Assembly (NCBI RefSeq): GCF_009914755.1
Contig: NC_060932.1
Reading direction: 5' to 3' (one strand)
Length of the DNA stretch: 64,000 bases
Origin: the human T2T-CHM13v2.0 reference genome, Homo sapiens
Positions 41,501-58,221 of this stretch are shown piece by piece. How positions within the stretch are numbered: position 1 is the first letter of the stretch; the number at the start of each line of letters is the position of its first letter. The translations under genes and the position numbers were made by a program. A model generated the notes under the pieces. That model was given only the letters and a program-made list of their open reading frames with translations, was not told the origin of the DNA and made no database searches.

Positions 41501-43350
41501 TCTCTTGTTTTTCAACTTATTTTTCCCTGTAGACCCTCTGGCTTTTTTTTTTTTTGTAACTTTTATAATTTATTTCTGTCTTTACTTTCCGGAAGTTTAA
41601 TTATGATGTGTCTTGTAATAAATTTCTTTGGGTTTAGAGTTTATCTGAATTGGAGTTTGCTCATCTTTTTTAACTGATAGGCTTATGTCTCTTCTCAACT
41701 TTAGAAATTTTTAGCCATTTTTAAAAATACCTTTTTTTAACCCTATCCTCTTTCTATTATTTTTCTATGACTCAGATAATAGATATGTTCTTTCTTTTGT
41801 TATTCTATTTCATGCAGCTGAGACCTCGTTTGTTTTTTCAGACTATTTTCTTCCTGTTATTCACATTGAGTAATTTCCAGTTGTTCTCTATTGCAGCTCA
41901 CCAGTTCTTCCCTCTGTTCCCTCCATTCTGCTGTTGAGTACATCCACTCAGCTTGTCACTTCAATTACAACATTTTTCATTTCTAAAGCTTTCATATAGT
42001 TCTTTGCTTATATTTTCTATTTCTTTTCTGGGGCCATATATATATATACATACACATATGCATGTATATACATACATACGTGTATATGTATATACATATA
42101 CATATGTGTATGTGTATACATACATGTATATGTATATACACATACGTGTATATGTATATACACGTATGTGTATATGTATATACACACGTGTGTATGTATA
42201 CATACACACACGTGTGTATGTATATACATACACACACGTGTGTATGTATATACATACACATACACACACGTGTGTATGTATATACATACACATACACACA
42301 CGTGTGTATGTATATACATACACATACACACACGTGTGTATGTATATACATACACATACATACACAAGTGTGTATGTATATACATATATGTGTATGTATA
42401 TACATACATGTATATACATATACACACATATATGTGTGTGTGTGTTTGTGTGAAGTAAGTTCATAGGTGCTTTTTGTAGCAGTTTTATGCTGGATTGTAA
42501 AAAATCTTTTTCAGATACTTCTTATTTCTCTGTCATCTCAGAGTTGGCATCTATTGGTTATCTTTTTTTTCCTTTCATTTAGTCAGTCTGGTTTTTGGTA
42601 CGATGACTGACTTTTTATTGAAATCTGGACATTTTTATTATTTTATGAGATTCTGGATTTTATTTAAACCTTCTGATTTTAGCTGGCTTTCTCCAACACT
42701 GCTCTGTCAGGAGAAGGGCATTTCTACCTTATTATTGCCAGATGAAGGCCAAAGTTCAGGTACTTCACTTGGTCACTGTTGACACCCGAGGAGAGGGCTT
42801 CATCTATGTCTCTTGGTTGCCAGTCATTTCCTTAAGCAATCTATTGAAGTCAGTCCATTGGCTTTTGGTTTTTCATTACTTTTGTTACCATATCAATACT
42901 CAGGCCTTATTTTGCTCCTTTCCAGTTAATGTATGTTTTATCTTCTTTTATTTGTTCTTAACATTTTCTAGTTAGTATTTTTTTACAGCACTTTGAGTAT
43001 CCTGTTTTAATTTATAGAGATTATTAATTATATAGATTGATATCTTCAATAGTGTTTTGCAAATTCTTAGCCATTATTTCTTCACATAAAGTTTCTATTC
43101 TTCTCTCTCTTTTCTTTTTAGAATTTGAATTACATGTTTATTTGAAATATTCACTGGGTCGCTTTTATTTTTGCCCATTTTAAATAATTTTGTTTCTATG
43201 TCTCCTATCAATAATTTGCTAATGAGTATTTTCCAGTGCACTATTTTCTATTTCAATAATCCTTTCTTCAACTGTGTCTAATGTGTTTTCACACATATCT
43301 ATGGAGCTTACTATAGTGTTCTTTTCTGCTGACAAAAATTTGTAAAATAT
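38540..43350 (-). mobile_element. Mosaic of ancient L1M fragments
   Basis: T-rich degenerate antisense ORF2/ORF1 motifs throughout (e.g. 'gatagcagacattctcatctt', 'cagggaaaaagctttgaatattttcc', 'ccattctgctgttgag'); internal boundaries not resolvable. Confidence 0.65.
42035..42451. repeat. Compound alternating purine-pyrimidine tract (TA/CA/TG/CG) with a 32-bp higher-order unit
   Basis: cacgtg markers spaced 32 bp (CG at ~42237, 42269, 42301, 42333). Confidence 0.95.
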
Positions 43351-43691
43351 CTTGCCCACTGATAAAATTGATCCCATTCTCTACTGCTATGTTTTAATTT
43401 TTTTCTATTTAAATAAACATTAAAAATAGAGAAAAAACTTTTTTAAGTTTTTCATTATGACCCAGGCTTTTATACTGTTGAGAATATAAACTTTATGAAC
43501 CTACACAGATTAGTCATTCAAATACAATATGCTCTGTCACTTAGTTAAATTAAGTGTCAAGATTTAGATATTCTCATAGGAGAATTTTTTGTAACTATTT
43601 TATTCTCTGTGATTTTGGATATTTTTATATTTTATCTTTGGTTTATAAACATATTTTATTTACAAATCTCAATGCTTTAAAGAACAAACTC

Positions 43692-44001
<310 letters not shown>

Positions 44002-45649
44002 AAAGAACAAACTCACATAATTAAGCTAATCTATTAACCTGGCATCTTAAGTTATATGTTGTTTTGTGCCACCTCTACAGTAGTTTCCTGAGCTCTTCTT
44101 TTCCAGGGAAGAATTAAGGATTCCCAAATTTGGATGCCTGTCTGGTACATCAAAATACTTCTATTTGAATGTTCATTTTCTGGAACTGTTTAATCATGCT
44201 TTTCCTAATAAACTATGAGCTCTTTAAAAATATAAGTGTTTGCTCTGTTCTTCATCTATCATAATGCCTAATACAGAGAAAGTACTCAATAAACTTATGG
44301 TTTATGAATAAATAAATAAAGAAATGTTAACCCAGTCCTTAGATTATTTTACACTCTAAGATTCTAATGACTGTGACCAATCACTCAATGCATATAAAGT
44401 GAGAGAGACAATTGCTCTCTCAAATATCCAATCAAGTTTCTATGGAAGGTTATGTGTTTCATTACCTAGTAGGTTAAAGTTAATCTAATAAGGTAGTACA
44501 ATGCCATATGAAATGAATAACCAAATTGCCATGAGTGAGCCTTCTGAAGAAAGGAACATTCTATCATTTTTTCAGTAATTGCTTAGGATATATTGCAATA
44601 TTGGGAAGACTCATTAGTCTTCATACAGTGACTTTGAGTGAGGAGAAATTAGTATTAGGGATCACTTCTGAGCAAAGTGATTTTAAAAGACAGACTTCCC
44701 AATTTGCTGATTCATTATTCCCATTTTTTCACTGTTCCAGAATGCCCAATTTCCCCACACACAACATCATCAAAGAAAATTTATTTAAATGCAAACACAC
44801 TGAAAGACAAAACAAGCAAACTAGGTTTTTGCCATCTAATATCAGATCCCTTCCTAAAAAGTTTGGAAACAGAGGACAAAGAGGAGGTACAGTTTGTTCC
44901 CTACATCATCAGTAGTATTAGTAACTCCCACTTATGTATATGGCAGTTTTATTTTTGGGCTTAAGTCTTGCTATTATTGACTCTTAGAGGCCTTCTGCGG
45001 CTCCCAATATGGCTGCTGTCAAGAGTAATTGCCTCTTCTAGCAATGGCTCTCTTATCACCAGCATCTATTAAAGGATCCCCATTGCCACTTAATTTTTTT
45101 CAGTGGTTTTTCTGTGTGTGTGTCGATCCACTAGAAAGCTCAGGGCCATATGCAAACAACCATGTAAGCAGAGTACTTATAGGAACTCTCCTGCTAAAAA
45201 CTCAAGTGGCAGTTTTATGCTACTGGTCACCTGTTTTAAGAAACATAGAATAGTGTTATCCCTCTGCCACTACACTAAAGGATAGAAAATATTGCTGGCT
45301 TACAGTAACTATAAATGCTTCTTGGTGGAAACATCTGAGGCAGTGTGATCACAGTTTTACAATGGTGTGACCTTGTCCCTTACTTCCCACACTCTACGTA
45401 AAAAAGAGAAATGATATTTTACCTGTTAAAATTATCATGAAAATAAAAAGAAGCAACATATTAAAGTGCTGAAAAAAATTAAGACACAGCAATCCCTCAT
45501 AAAATGTTACCTATATATAAAACAAAAGAGATCAATGTAATTCATAAGTAAATAAGTTTATCAACTTTTTTTAAATAAAGGAGAATATACAAATTTTATT
45601 ATATATTTATTATTATTATTTATTTATACATCTATTTTTTTATTTTTAA

Positions 45650-46030
45650 TAGAAAACAACAAAAAAAGTCAGTCCATATAATGACTAAAAAAATTAAAGT
45701 ATATGCATGAAATGGAATACCATACAGTAGTGAAACTGTACATGCAACAATGTGAAAAATCTCACAATCATATTCAACTAAAGAAGCCAGACCCAAAATG
45801 AATATATTCTGTGACTTAATGGAGGTACTGGTTAGGATTGCAGTTACCTTTGAGTACAGGTAATAGTGTCTTGGAGGGGTCACCAGGCAGCTTCTGGGAT
45901 TTTGGGGATTTTTATCTTTCTTGATCTTGGGACTGGTTTATATGACGTGTTCAATTGTTAAAAATTCATTGAATTTTGCATTTATGAATTTTTCACTTTT
46001 TTGGTCTGTTAAAACAGATATTTAATAAAA
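45650..46030 (+). mobile_element. L1ME-like 3' end
   Basis: 'atggaataccatacagtagtgaaa...catgcaacaatgtgaaaaatctcaca...aaagaagccagac...aaaattcattga...tttaataaaa'. Confidence 0.7.
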
Positions 46031-46267
46031 TTCAATATGAAATTTTTAAAAATATAAGCTCTATGATCTCTCATTTTTTAATGAAAAATATATTTGCTCA
46101 TCACTAAAATAAAAAAGCAGTCTCTATGCCTTTATGATTGTATTTTTATAAATGGTCTAGTGGATTGTTTTGAAATAATATAGACAACATCCCTCCATTT
46201 GTTAGCATTTGGAAACTTTCCACTGTCATTCATTCAATGTCATTTATTCAATTCAGAAGTTTTATTT

Positions 46268-46570
46268 ATTTATTTATTTATGTATTTTTGAGATAGAGTC
46301 TCGCTTTGTCACCCAGGCTGGAGTGCAGTGGCATGATCTCTGCTCTCTGCAAGCTCCACCTCCCAGGTTCACACCATTCTCCTCCCTCAGCATCCTGAGT
46401 AGCCAGGACTACAGGCGCCCTCCACCACGCCCGGCTAGTTTTTTGTATTTTTCATAGAAACGGGGTTTCACCATGTTAGCCAGGATGGTCTCAATCTCCT
46501 GACCTCATGATCTGCCTGCCTCAGCCTCCCAAAGTGCTGGGATTACAGGCGTGAGCCACCATGCCCAGCC
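46268..46570 (-). mobile_element. AluY
   Basis: diagnostics 'gcaagctcc', 'ttcacaccattctcc', 'ttagccaggatggtctc'; 14-bp TSD cagaagttttattt at 46254-46267 and 46571-46584. Confidence 0.93.
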
Positions 46571-46849
46571 CAGAAGTTTTATTTTTAACTTCAAATGTTA
46601 TATTGGACATAGCTGTATAAATTTTAAAATCTGCTGTGTACTGTTTTATATTGTTAATATCTGACATGGAAAATATATTAAGTTTTAGTGTCATCTGATA
46701 GTGTAACTGGAAAGTACTACTTTGTGTATTAAATTTGGAGGTCTTATAATGTGGACAAGCAATATTCAATATCTCAAAAATAATAACAAGTGAATGTGTC
46801 CCATTTAGCTTTGGAATCACTTTCTTCATGGTTAGTGTGCAAGTACATA

Positions 46850-47193
46850 CAGTAATGTGTTGCTTAATGATAGGGACATGTTCTGAGAAATGTGTCTTTA
46901 GGCAATTTTGTCATTGTGTGAACATCATAGAATATACTTATGCAAATCTAGATGGCATAGCCTTCTACATACCTAAGTTACATCGTATAGCCTATGGCTC
47001 TTTAGGGTACAAATCTATATGGCAAATTACTGTACTGAGTATTGTAAACAGTTGTAATACAATGGTAAGTATATATGCAGGCAAACATATCTAAACATAG
47101 AAAAAAAAATACAGCAAAAATATGGTATTATAATCTTATCTTTGTTTATGTGGCCTATTGTTAACCAAAACACAATTAGATGGAGCATGACTC
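46850..47193. mobile_element. Tigger3a (MER7-type) MITE
   Basis: ta|cagtaatgtgttgcttaatga...gttctgagaaatg...gcatgact; TIR-like ends; followed by (TG)n to 47230. Confidence 0.85.
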
Positions 47194-47945
47194 TGTGCGT
47201 GTGTGTGTGTGTGCATGTGTGTGTGTGTGTAAAACAAATATATACTCTGTTACTGGATAATGAAACCTCTGGAAAAACATTTTCTTCTGCTAACTCAGTG
47301 AGGGTAATTTGCTATCATATGGCTGATTTACTATTGCTCTGATCTAACAAACTTTTCCACAATTTTATTCTATTAATTTATTTTAATACATCTCCAATTT
47401 GAACAGCACATTTGACAAAAATAGAGTAAAATTGATTTAAAACAAAATGTATCATTTTGTAGTCTAATTCCCATTCCAATTCTATATAGTGATACTAAAG
47501 TCATCTAAATTAAATTTAAAATTATACCCTCCTGAAAATGTCCCTGTCTGACAGCGTTGAAGACAGTAGTGTTTCTCCCAGCACCAAGTTTGAGATCTAA
47601 GAACGGACATACTGCCTCCTCAAGTGGGTCCCTGACCCCCGAGTAGCCTAACTGGGAGGCACCCCCCAGTAGGGGCAGACTGACACCTCACACGGCCAGG
47701 TACCCCTCTGAGACAAAACTTCCAGAGGAACAATCAAGCAGCAACATTTGCTGTTCAGCAATATTCGCTGTTATGCAGCCTCTGCTGCTGATACCCAGAC
47801 AAACAGGGTCTGGAGTGGACCTCCAGTAAACTCCAACAGACCTGCAGCTGAGGGTCCTGACTGTTAGAAGGAAAACTAACAAACAGAAAGGACATCCACA
47901 CCAAAACCCCATCTTTACTCTCACCATCAGAGAGACCAAAGGTAG

Positions 47946-48284
47946 TTTCCTGAGAATGATGGTTTTCAGCTTCATCCATGTCCCTACAAACTATCGCAAG
48001 GACAAAAAACCAAACACCACATGTTCTCACTCATAGGTAGGAATTGAGCAATGAGAACACATGGACATAGGAAGGGGAACACCACACGCCAGGGCCTGTT
48101 GTGGGGTGGGGGGAGGGGGGAGGGATAGCATTAGGAGATATACCTAATGTTAAATGATGAGTTAATGGGTGCAGCACACCAACATGGAACATGTATACAT
48201 ATGTAACAAACCTGCATGTTGTGCACATGTACTATAAAACTTAAAGTAAAATAAAAAAAAAAATAAATAAATAAATAAATAAAT
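47946..48284 (+). mobile_element. Nested L1PA 3' fragment with 5' inversion
   Basis: TSD gaccaaaggtag/gaccaaatgtag (47934-47945, 48285-48296); inverted piece 47946-~47990; sense 3'UTR with A/(TAAA)n tail. Confidence 0.95.
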
Positions 48285-48310
48285 GACCAAATGTAGATAA
48301 AACCACAAAG

Positions 48311-49323
48311 ATGGGGAAAAAACAGAGCAGAAAAGCTGAAAATTCTAAAAATGAGAATGCATTTCCCACTCCAAAGGAACACAGCTCCTTACCAGCAACG
48401 GAACAAAGCTGGACGGAGAATGACTTTGACGATTTGAGAGAAGAAGGCTTCAGACGACCAACCTTCTCTGAGCTAAAGGAGGAAGTTTGAACCCAACGCA
48501 AAGAAGCTAAAAACCTTGAAAAAAGATTAGACAAATGGCTAACTAGAATAACCAGTGTAGAGAAGTCCTTAAAGGACCTGATGGAGCTGAAAACCATGGC
48601 ACGAGAACTACGTGATGAATGCACAAGCTTCAGTAACCGATCCGATCAACTGGAAGAAAGGGTGTCAGTGATTGAAGATTAAATGAATGAAATGAAGCCA
48701 GAAGAGTTTAGAGATAAAACAGTAAAAAGAAATGAACAAAGCCTCCAAGAAATATGGGACTATGTGAAAAGAGCAAATCTATGACTGATTGGTGTACCTG
48801 AAAGTGATGGGGAGAATGGAACCAAGTTGGAAAACACTCTGCAGGATATTATCCAGGAGAACTTCCCCAGTCTAGCAAGGCAGGCAAACATTCAAATTCA
48901 GGAAATACAGAGAACGCCACAAAGATACTCCTCAAGAAGAGCAACTCCAAGACACATAATTGTCAGATTCACCAAAGTTGAAATGAAGGAAAAAATGTTA
49001 AGGGCAGCCAGGCAGAAAGGTCGGGTTACCCACAAAGGGAAGCCCATCAGACTAACAGCTGATCTCTCGGCAGAAACTCTACAAGCCAGAAGAGAGTGGG
49101 GGCCAATATTCAACATTCTTAAAGAAAAGAATTTTCAACCCAGAATCTCATATCCAGCCAAACTAAGCTTCATAAGTGAAGGAGAAATAAAATACTTTAC
49201 AGACAAACAAAAGCTGAGAGATTTTGTCACCACCAGCTTGCCCTACAAGAGCTCCTGAAGGAAGCACTAAACATGGAAAAGAACAACCAGTACCAGCCAC
49301 TGCAAAAACATGATAAATTGTAA
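48311..49323 (+). pseudogene. L1 ORF1p, disrupted
   Basis: ATGGGGAAAAAACAG start; premature TAA at ~48680; ORF 48827..49258 carries RATPRHIIVRF and RISYPAKLSF. Confidence 0.93.
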
Positions 49324-49386
49324 AGACCATCGATGCTAGCAAGAAACTGCATCAACTATCGAGCAAAATAACCAGCTAACATCATA

Positions 49387-53165
<3,779 letters not shown>

Positions 53166-53609
53166 ACAATGAGAACACTTGGACACAGGAAGGGGAACAT
53201 CACACACTGGGGCCTGTTGTGGGGTGGGGGAGGGGGGAGGGATAGCATTAGGAGTTATACCTATTGTAAATGACAAGTTAATGGGTGCAGCACACCAACA
53301 TGGCACATGTATACATATGTAACAAACCTGCACATTGTGCACATGTACCCTAGAACTTAAAGTATGTAAAAAATAATTATACCCTCCTTCAGATACCACA
53401 TTTTAGCAGTAGCTTCACCCACTGGTCTTATGGGAATTTCCTCTGGAGGAAGATTCAGAATTGAACATACCATTTATTTTTTTTAAATTGGAAAAATAGT
53501 TTTTGTGTCTCAACTGTATGCTAGATGCTATAGAAAAGTAAGTCACTTCTCTTTCTAACATAAAGAGCTTACAATATGAATATGAAAATAAGATGATGTG
53601 ATTATAAGT

Positions 53610-53667
53610 CAAATAGCAAATTGAATAGCAAATTCAAATGGCAAATTCAAATAGCAAATTCAAATAG
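53610..53667. repeat. 13-bp tandem repeat (caaatagcaaatt), about 4.4 copies
   Basis: direct reading. Confidence 0.9.
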
Positions 53668-53984
53668 ATATAGAATCTAATCAGTTCCATTGTGTTTTAA
53701 TTGTACTTTTTTCTATATTGGAAGAGCAAAATATTAAAATATTAATATCATTTTATATTACAAGTATGTCTGTGAAGAGGTTATGGGATTAAAATACAGA
53801 CTTGGCATTTCAAAAGACACTGAGGTAATTTTTTATAATCAGTAATCATTTCATAATCAAGTGAGCTATTGAAGTGATAAATGAATTAATACAAGAAGGG
53901 CTATATATTTGAAGATATAAAGGTGGGCATTAAATCAACTATACTGTATATTTGAAGATACAAAATAATAGAGTTGAAATTATA

Positions 53985-54390
53985 TAGCAGATATTATCAG
54001 CATTTACTCATATCTCATGCTCTTCTACTTCTTGCCACCTACAAGGAATATCCTTTCTTACTCTATGACTTAGTTTGCGGTCAAAGGATGTGAGCAGAAG
54101 GGACTGATGTCACTTCCAGGCTGATGCATTTAATTTCTGATGCAGTGTCCTCTATACTACCCTCTCCTGCTTGGTAAACTGTAGAGCACTTGTGTTGAGA
54201 AGTAGGTGCCACAAGATTGAAGCAGCCTTGGATCTTGAGCTGCCACATGGAGAACAGCTGTTTTGAAGAGAAGCTCAGACCACAGGGGACTTTGAATGAG
54301 AAATAAATATAAAGACTTTGTTGTAATAAGTCACTGAAATATGGTGTTCTTTTTTAACTTTAATATAAACTTGTCTTTTCTGACTAAAGC
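53985..54390 (+). mobile_element. MLT1H/I-like LTR relic
   Basis: 'atgtgagcagaagggactgatgtcacttccaggctga...gaagcagccttggatc...ctttgttgtaataagtcactgaaat...ctgactaa'. Confidence 0.7.
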
Positions 54391-54399
54391 AAAATAAGC

Positions 54400-54949
54400 A
54401 GTGGCTAGGAAACAAGTAGAAGAGGAAGTCAACAGAGTCTGTCTAAAGGTTTAGATAATTAAGTACACTACTAAATGTAATAGTATGTTAAAAACACTAG
54501 ACAACTTATGAATGCTCCAAATTATCAAGAAAAAACTACTCACAAGCATACATAAAAGAACACAAACATTGTTTATCTAGTGAAAGAACAAAAAGAAGCA
54601 AAGGGAAAATATAAATGACATAATTAAACAAGCATGTGTGTCATTAGAATAAATGTAAAAGGGCTTCAGAATTTAAAGTGAAATACTCTCTATTAAAACC
54701 AAATAAAAATCTAATAACAAACTATATGCAAAAACACACTTATTACAAATTAGCTCAGAAAAGCCAAATATTTAAAAAAGGGGGTATAGTCATTCCAGAC
54801 ATATGCAAAGAAACAAAAGACGAAAGGTGAGACTGCCCATTTTATAATCAGAAAAATTTAAATTCAGGACAAAAATAATTAAAATAATAATACAAATTGC
54901 ACTGAAGATCAAAGAAAATTACATGTACCAAATAATGTAGTATAGTCAC
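54400..54949 (+). mobile_element. Ancient L1M relic (start of ORF2/endonuclease)
   Basis: A-rich; 'ataaatgtaaaagggct', 'ctctctattaaaa', 'cagaaaaatttaaattcaggacaaaa'. Confidence 0.5.
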
Positions 54950-57015
54950 TGATAAGATTTGGTTCCGTGTCCCCACCCAAATCTCATGTTGAATTATAAT
55001 CCCCATGAGTTGAAGGAACAGTCTGGTGAGAGGTGATTGAATCATGGGATTAGATGTTCCCTTTGCTGTTTTCATGATAGAGTTGTCACGAAATCTGGTT
55101 GTTTGAAATTGTATAGCATTTCTCCCTTTTCTCTCTCTCTCCTGCCACCATGTAAAGATGTGCTTGCTTCCCCTTCACTCTTCTGCCATGATTGTAAGTT
55201 TCTTGAGCCCTCCTCAGCCATACTTTCTGTACAGCCTGAAGAACTGTGAGTCAATTAAACCTCTTTTCTTCATAAATTACAGTCTCAGGTAGTTCTTTAT
55301 AGCAGTATGAGAACAGACTAATACAGAAAATTGGTACCTACCAGGAGTGGGATATTGCTATGAAGATACCTGAAAATGTGGACGCCACTTTGGAATTGGG
55401 TAACAGGCAGAGGTTGGAACAGTTTAGGGGCTCAGAAGAAGACAGGAAAATGTTGGAAAAGTTTGAAACTTCATAGACACTTGTTGAATGGTTGCGACCA
55501 AAATGCTGATAGTGATATAAACAATGAAATCCAGGCTAAGGTGGTCTCAGATAAAGATGAGAAACTTATGGAGAACTGGAATAAAGGTCACTCTTGCTAT
55601 GCTTTAGCAAAGAGACTGGTGGCAACATGCCTGCCCTAGAGATCTGTGGAACTTTGAACTTGAGAGAGATGATTTAGGGTATCTGTCAGAAGAAATTTCT
55701 AAGCAACAAAACGATCAAGAGGTAATCTCGCTGTTTGTAAAAATGTATGCTCATATGCGTGAACACATATATTATTTGAAACTGGAGCTTATATTTACAA
55801 TAAAATCAGAGTCTAAAAGTTTGGAAAATATGCAGCCTGGTCATGTGGTAGAAAAGAAAAACCCATTTTCTGGGGAGAAATTCAAGCTGGCTACAGAAAT
55901 TTGCTTAAGTAAAGAAGAGCCTAATGTTCCAAGACAATGAGGAGGAGTCATCAAAGGCACTTCAGAGCCCTTTGTGGCAGCCCCTCCCATCATACACCTG
56001 TAGGCCTAGTAGTGAAGAATGGTCTCCTGGGCCAGGCCCAGGACCCCACTGCTCTGTGAAGCCACAGGACATGATGCCCAGCAACCCAGCCACTCCAACT
56101 CCAGCTATGGCTAATAGGGGCCAAAGGAGAGTTTTGGCCTTTGCTTCAGAGGGTGCAAGCCCCAAACCTTGGCAGCTTCAACATGGTGTTAAACCTGTGA
56201 GTATGCAGACAGCAAGAGTTGAGGCTTGGAAGCCTCCACCTAGATTTCGGAAAATATATGGAAACCCCCGGATGTCCAGGCAGAATTCTGCCGCAGGGGC
56301 AGAGTCCTCATGGAGAACCTCCACTAGGGCAGTGTGGAGGGGAAATGTAGGGTTGGAGCCTCCACATAGAGTTCCCACTGGGGCACTGCCTAATGGAGCT
56401 GTGAGAAGAAGGCCACCATCCTCCAGACCTTAGAATGGTAGATTCATTGACAGCTTGCACCATGCACCTGGAAAGCCCACAGTCACTCAATGCCATTCCA
56501 CGAAAGCAGCTGCAGTGGCTGTACCTTGCAGCATCATAGGGGAAGAGCTAACCAAGTCCTTCAGAGCCCATTCATTGCAACAGTGTGGCCTGGATGTGAG
56601 ACATGAAGTCAAAGGAGATTATTTTGAAGCTTTAAGACTTAATGTCTGCCCTGTTGGGTTTCAGACTAGCACGGGGCATATAGACTGTTTCTTTTGGCAA
56701 ATTTCTCCCTTTTGGAATGGGAGCATTTACCCTATACCTATATCTTCATTGTATTTTGGAAGTAACTAAACTGTTTTTGATTTTACAGGCTCATAGGCAG
56801 AAGAAGCTTGCCTTGTCTCAGATGAGACTTTGGACTTGGACTTTTCAGTTAATGCTGGAATGAGTTAAGACTTTGGGGAACTGTTGGGAAGACATGATTG
56901 CATCTTGAAATGTGAGAAGGACATGAGATTTAGGAGTGGCCAGGGATGAATGATATTGTTTGGATTTGTGTCCCTACCCAGATCTCATGTCAAATTGTAA
57001 TCCCCATGTGTTGAA
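54950..57015 (+). mobile_element. MSTA-type MaLR provirus: 5' LTR 54950-55325, full internal region, 3' LTR stub 56951-57015
   Basis: LTR tgataagatttgg...gactaataca; gaaaattggtacc; purine-rich tract before 56951; 3' LTR stops after ~65 bp. Confidence 0.93.
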
Positions 57016-57571
57016 TACCATCTCTAGCAACTATATCCTTATGAAATATATTTCTTAAATAAGAAGACTTAAAAGTTGAATTTATTCCTTGACCTATGGG
57101 CTATGGAATGGATGTTGTGTTAGCAGGCATGAAAACTACAGTAATTTCTTGCACATTTCAATCAAAGCTTTTAGTTGACCAGGTCCATTGTGAATGAGCA
57201 GTCACATGTTAATGAAAGCATTTTTTTTTTTTTCTGAGCAGTAGGTCTCAACTGTGGGTTTAAAATATTCTGTAAGCCATGCTGTAAACAGATGTGCTGT
57301 CATCCAGGCTTTTTTTTTTCCATTTCTAGAGTGCAGGCAGAGTAGATTGAGCATAATTCTTAAGGTCCTAGGATATGCAGATTGGTAAGTGAGCATTGGC
57401 TTCAACTTGAAATCACCAGCTACATTAGCTCCTACTAAGAGAGTTAGCTTATTCTTTGAATCTTTGAAACTAGGCATTGACTTCTCCTTCCTAGAGAGGG
57501 AATCCATATATGTCTTCTTTTTCCAATATAAGTCTGTTCCATCTACATTAAAAATCCATTGCTTAGTGTAG

Positions 57572-58062
57572 TGTTGGGAGCAGGCCACCCCATATACTGG
57601 CCCCCAAACTGGCCATAAACAAAATCTCTGCAGCACTGTAACATGTTCATAATGGCCCTAACGCTCACGCTGTAAGGTTGTGGGTTTACCAGAATGAGGG
57701 CAAGGAACACCTGGCCCACCCAGGGCAGAAAACTGCTTAAAGGCATTCTTAAGCCACAAACAATAGCATGAGTGATCTGTGCCTTAAAGACATGCTCCTG
57801 CTGCAGTTAACTAGTCCAACCTATTTCTTTAATTTGGCCCATCCCTTCGTTTCCCATAAGGGATATTTTTAGTTAATTTAATACCTATAGAAACAATGCT
57901 AATGACTGGTTTGCTGTTAATAAATACGTGGGTAAATCTCTCAGCTCTGAAGGCTGTGAGACCCCTGATTTCCCACTTTATGCCTCTATATTTCTGTGTG
58001 TCTGTCTTTAATTCCTCTAGTGCCACTGGGTTAGGGTATCCCTAACTGAGCTGGTCTCAGCA
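57572..58062 (+). mobile_element. MER9-type solo LTR (ERVK, HML-3)
   Basis: tgttgggagcaggcc...aaactggccataaacaaaatctctgcagcactg...gagctggtctcagca; perfect 6-bp TSD gtgtag (57566-57571, 58063-58068), typical of betaretrovirus-like ERVs. Confidence 0.9.
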
Positions 58063-58079
58063 GTGTAGCCACCTTCATT

Positions 58080-58221
58080 AGTGTCTAATGTGCACAGGTG
58101 ACTCTTAGGTGTCTTGCATTACTGTTTGTCTTCAGTAAATAACTTCAAGATAAATGACTGATTCTCCAGGTCTTCTTTCAGGGAGGCTCAGGACTTCCCT
58201 ATGCTTTATTTTCCTTTGCAT
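58080..58221 (+). repeat. 142-bp copy of 61317-61457 inserted in Tigger1
   Basis: direct alignment, about 14 differences. Confidence 0.95.

Noticed and set aside
41953-42466. Six overlapping 96-167 aa ORFs on both strands (Y/T/H/V/C/M/I-rich)
   Set aside because: Strict purine-pyrimidine alternation cannot contain TAA, TAG or TGA, so the open frames are an artefact of the microsatellite
44535-44964. 126-aa and 95-aa ORFs in non-repeat sequence
   Set aside because: Non-ATG starts, no recognisable domain, length within chance expectation
55924-56769. 169-aa and 104-aa ORFs
   Set aside because: MaLR internal sequence; the paralogue at 21793-22241 is broken differently; no sign of maintained coding
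57202-57636. 144-aa transposase-like ORF as a TIGD-type domesticated gene
   Set aside because: N-terminus comes from the MER9 LTR, the rest is frameshifted Tigger1 interrupted by insertions
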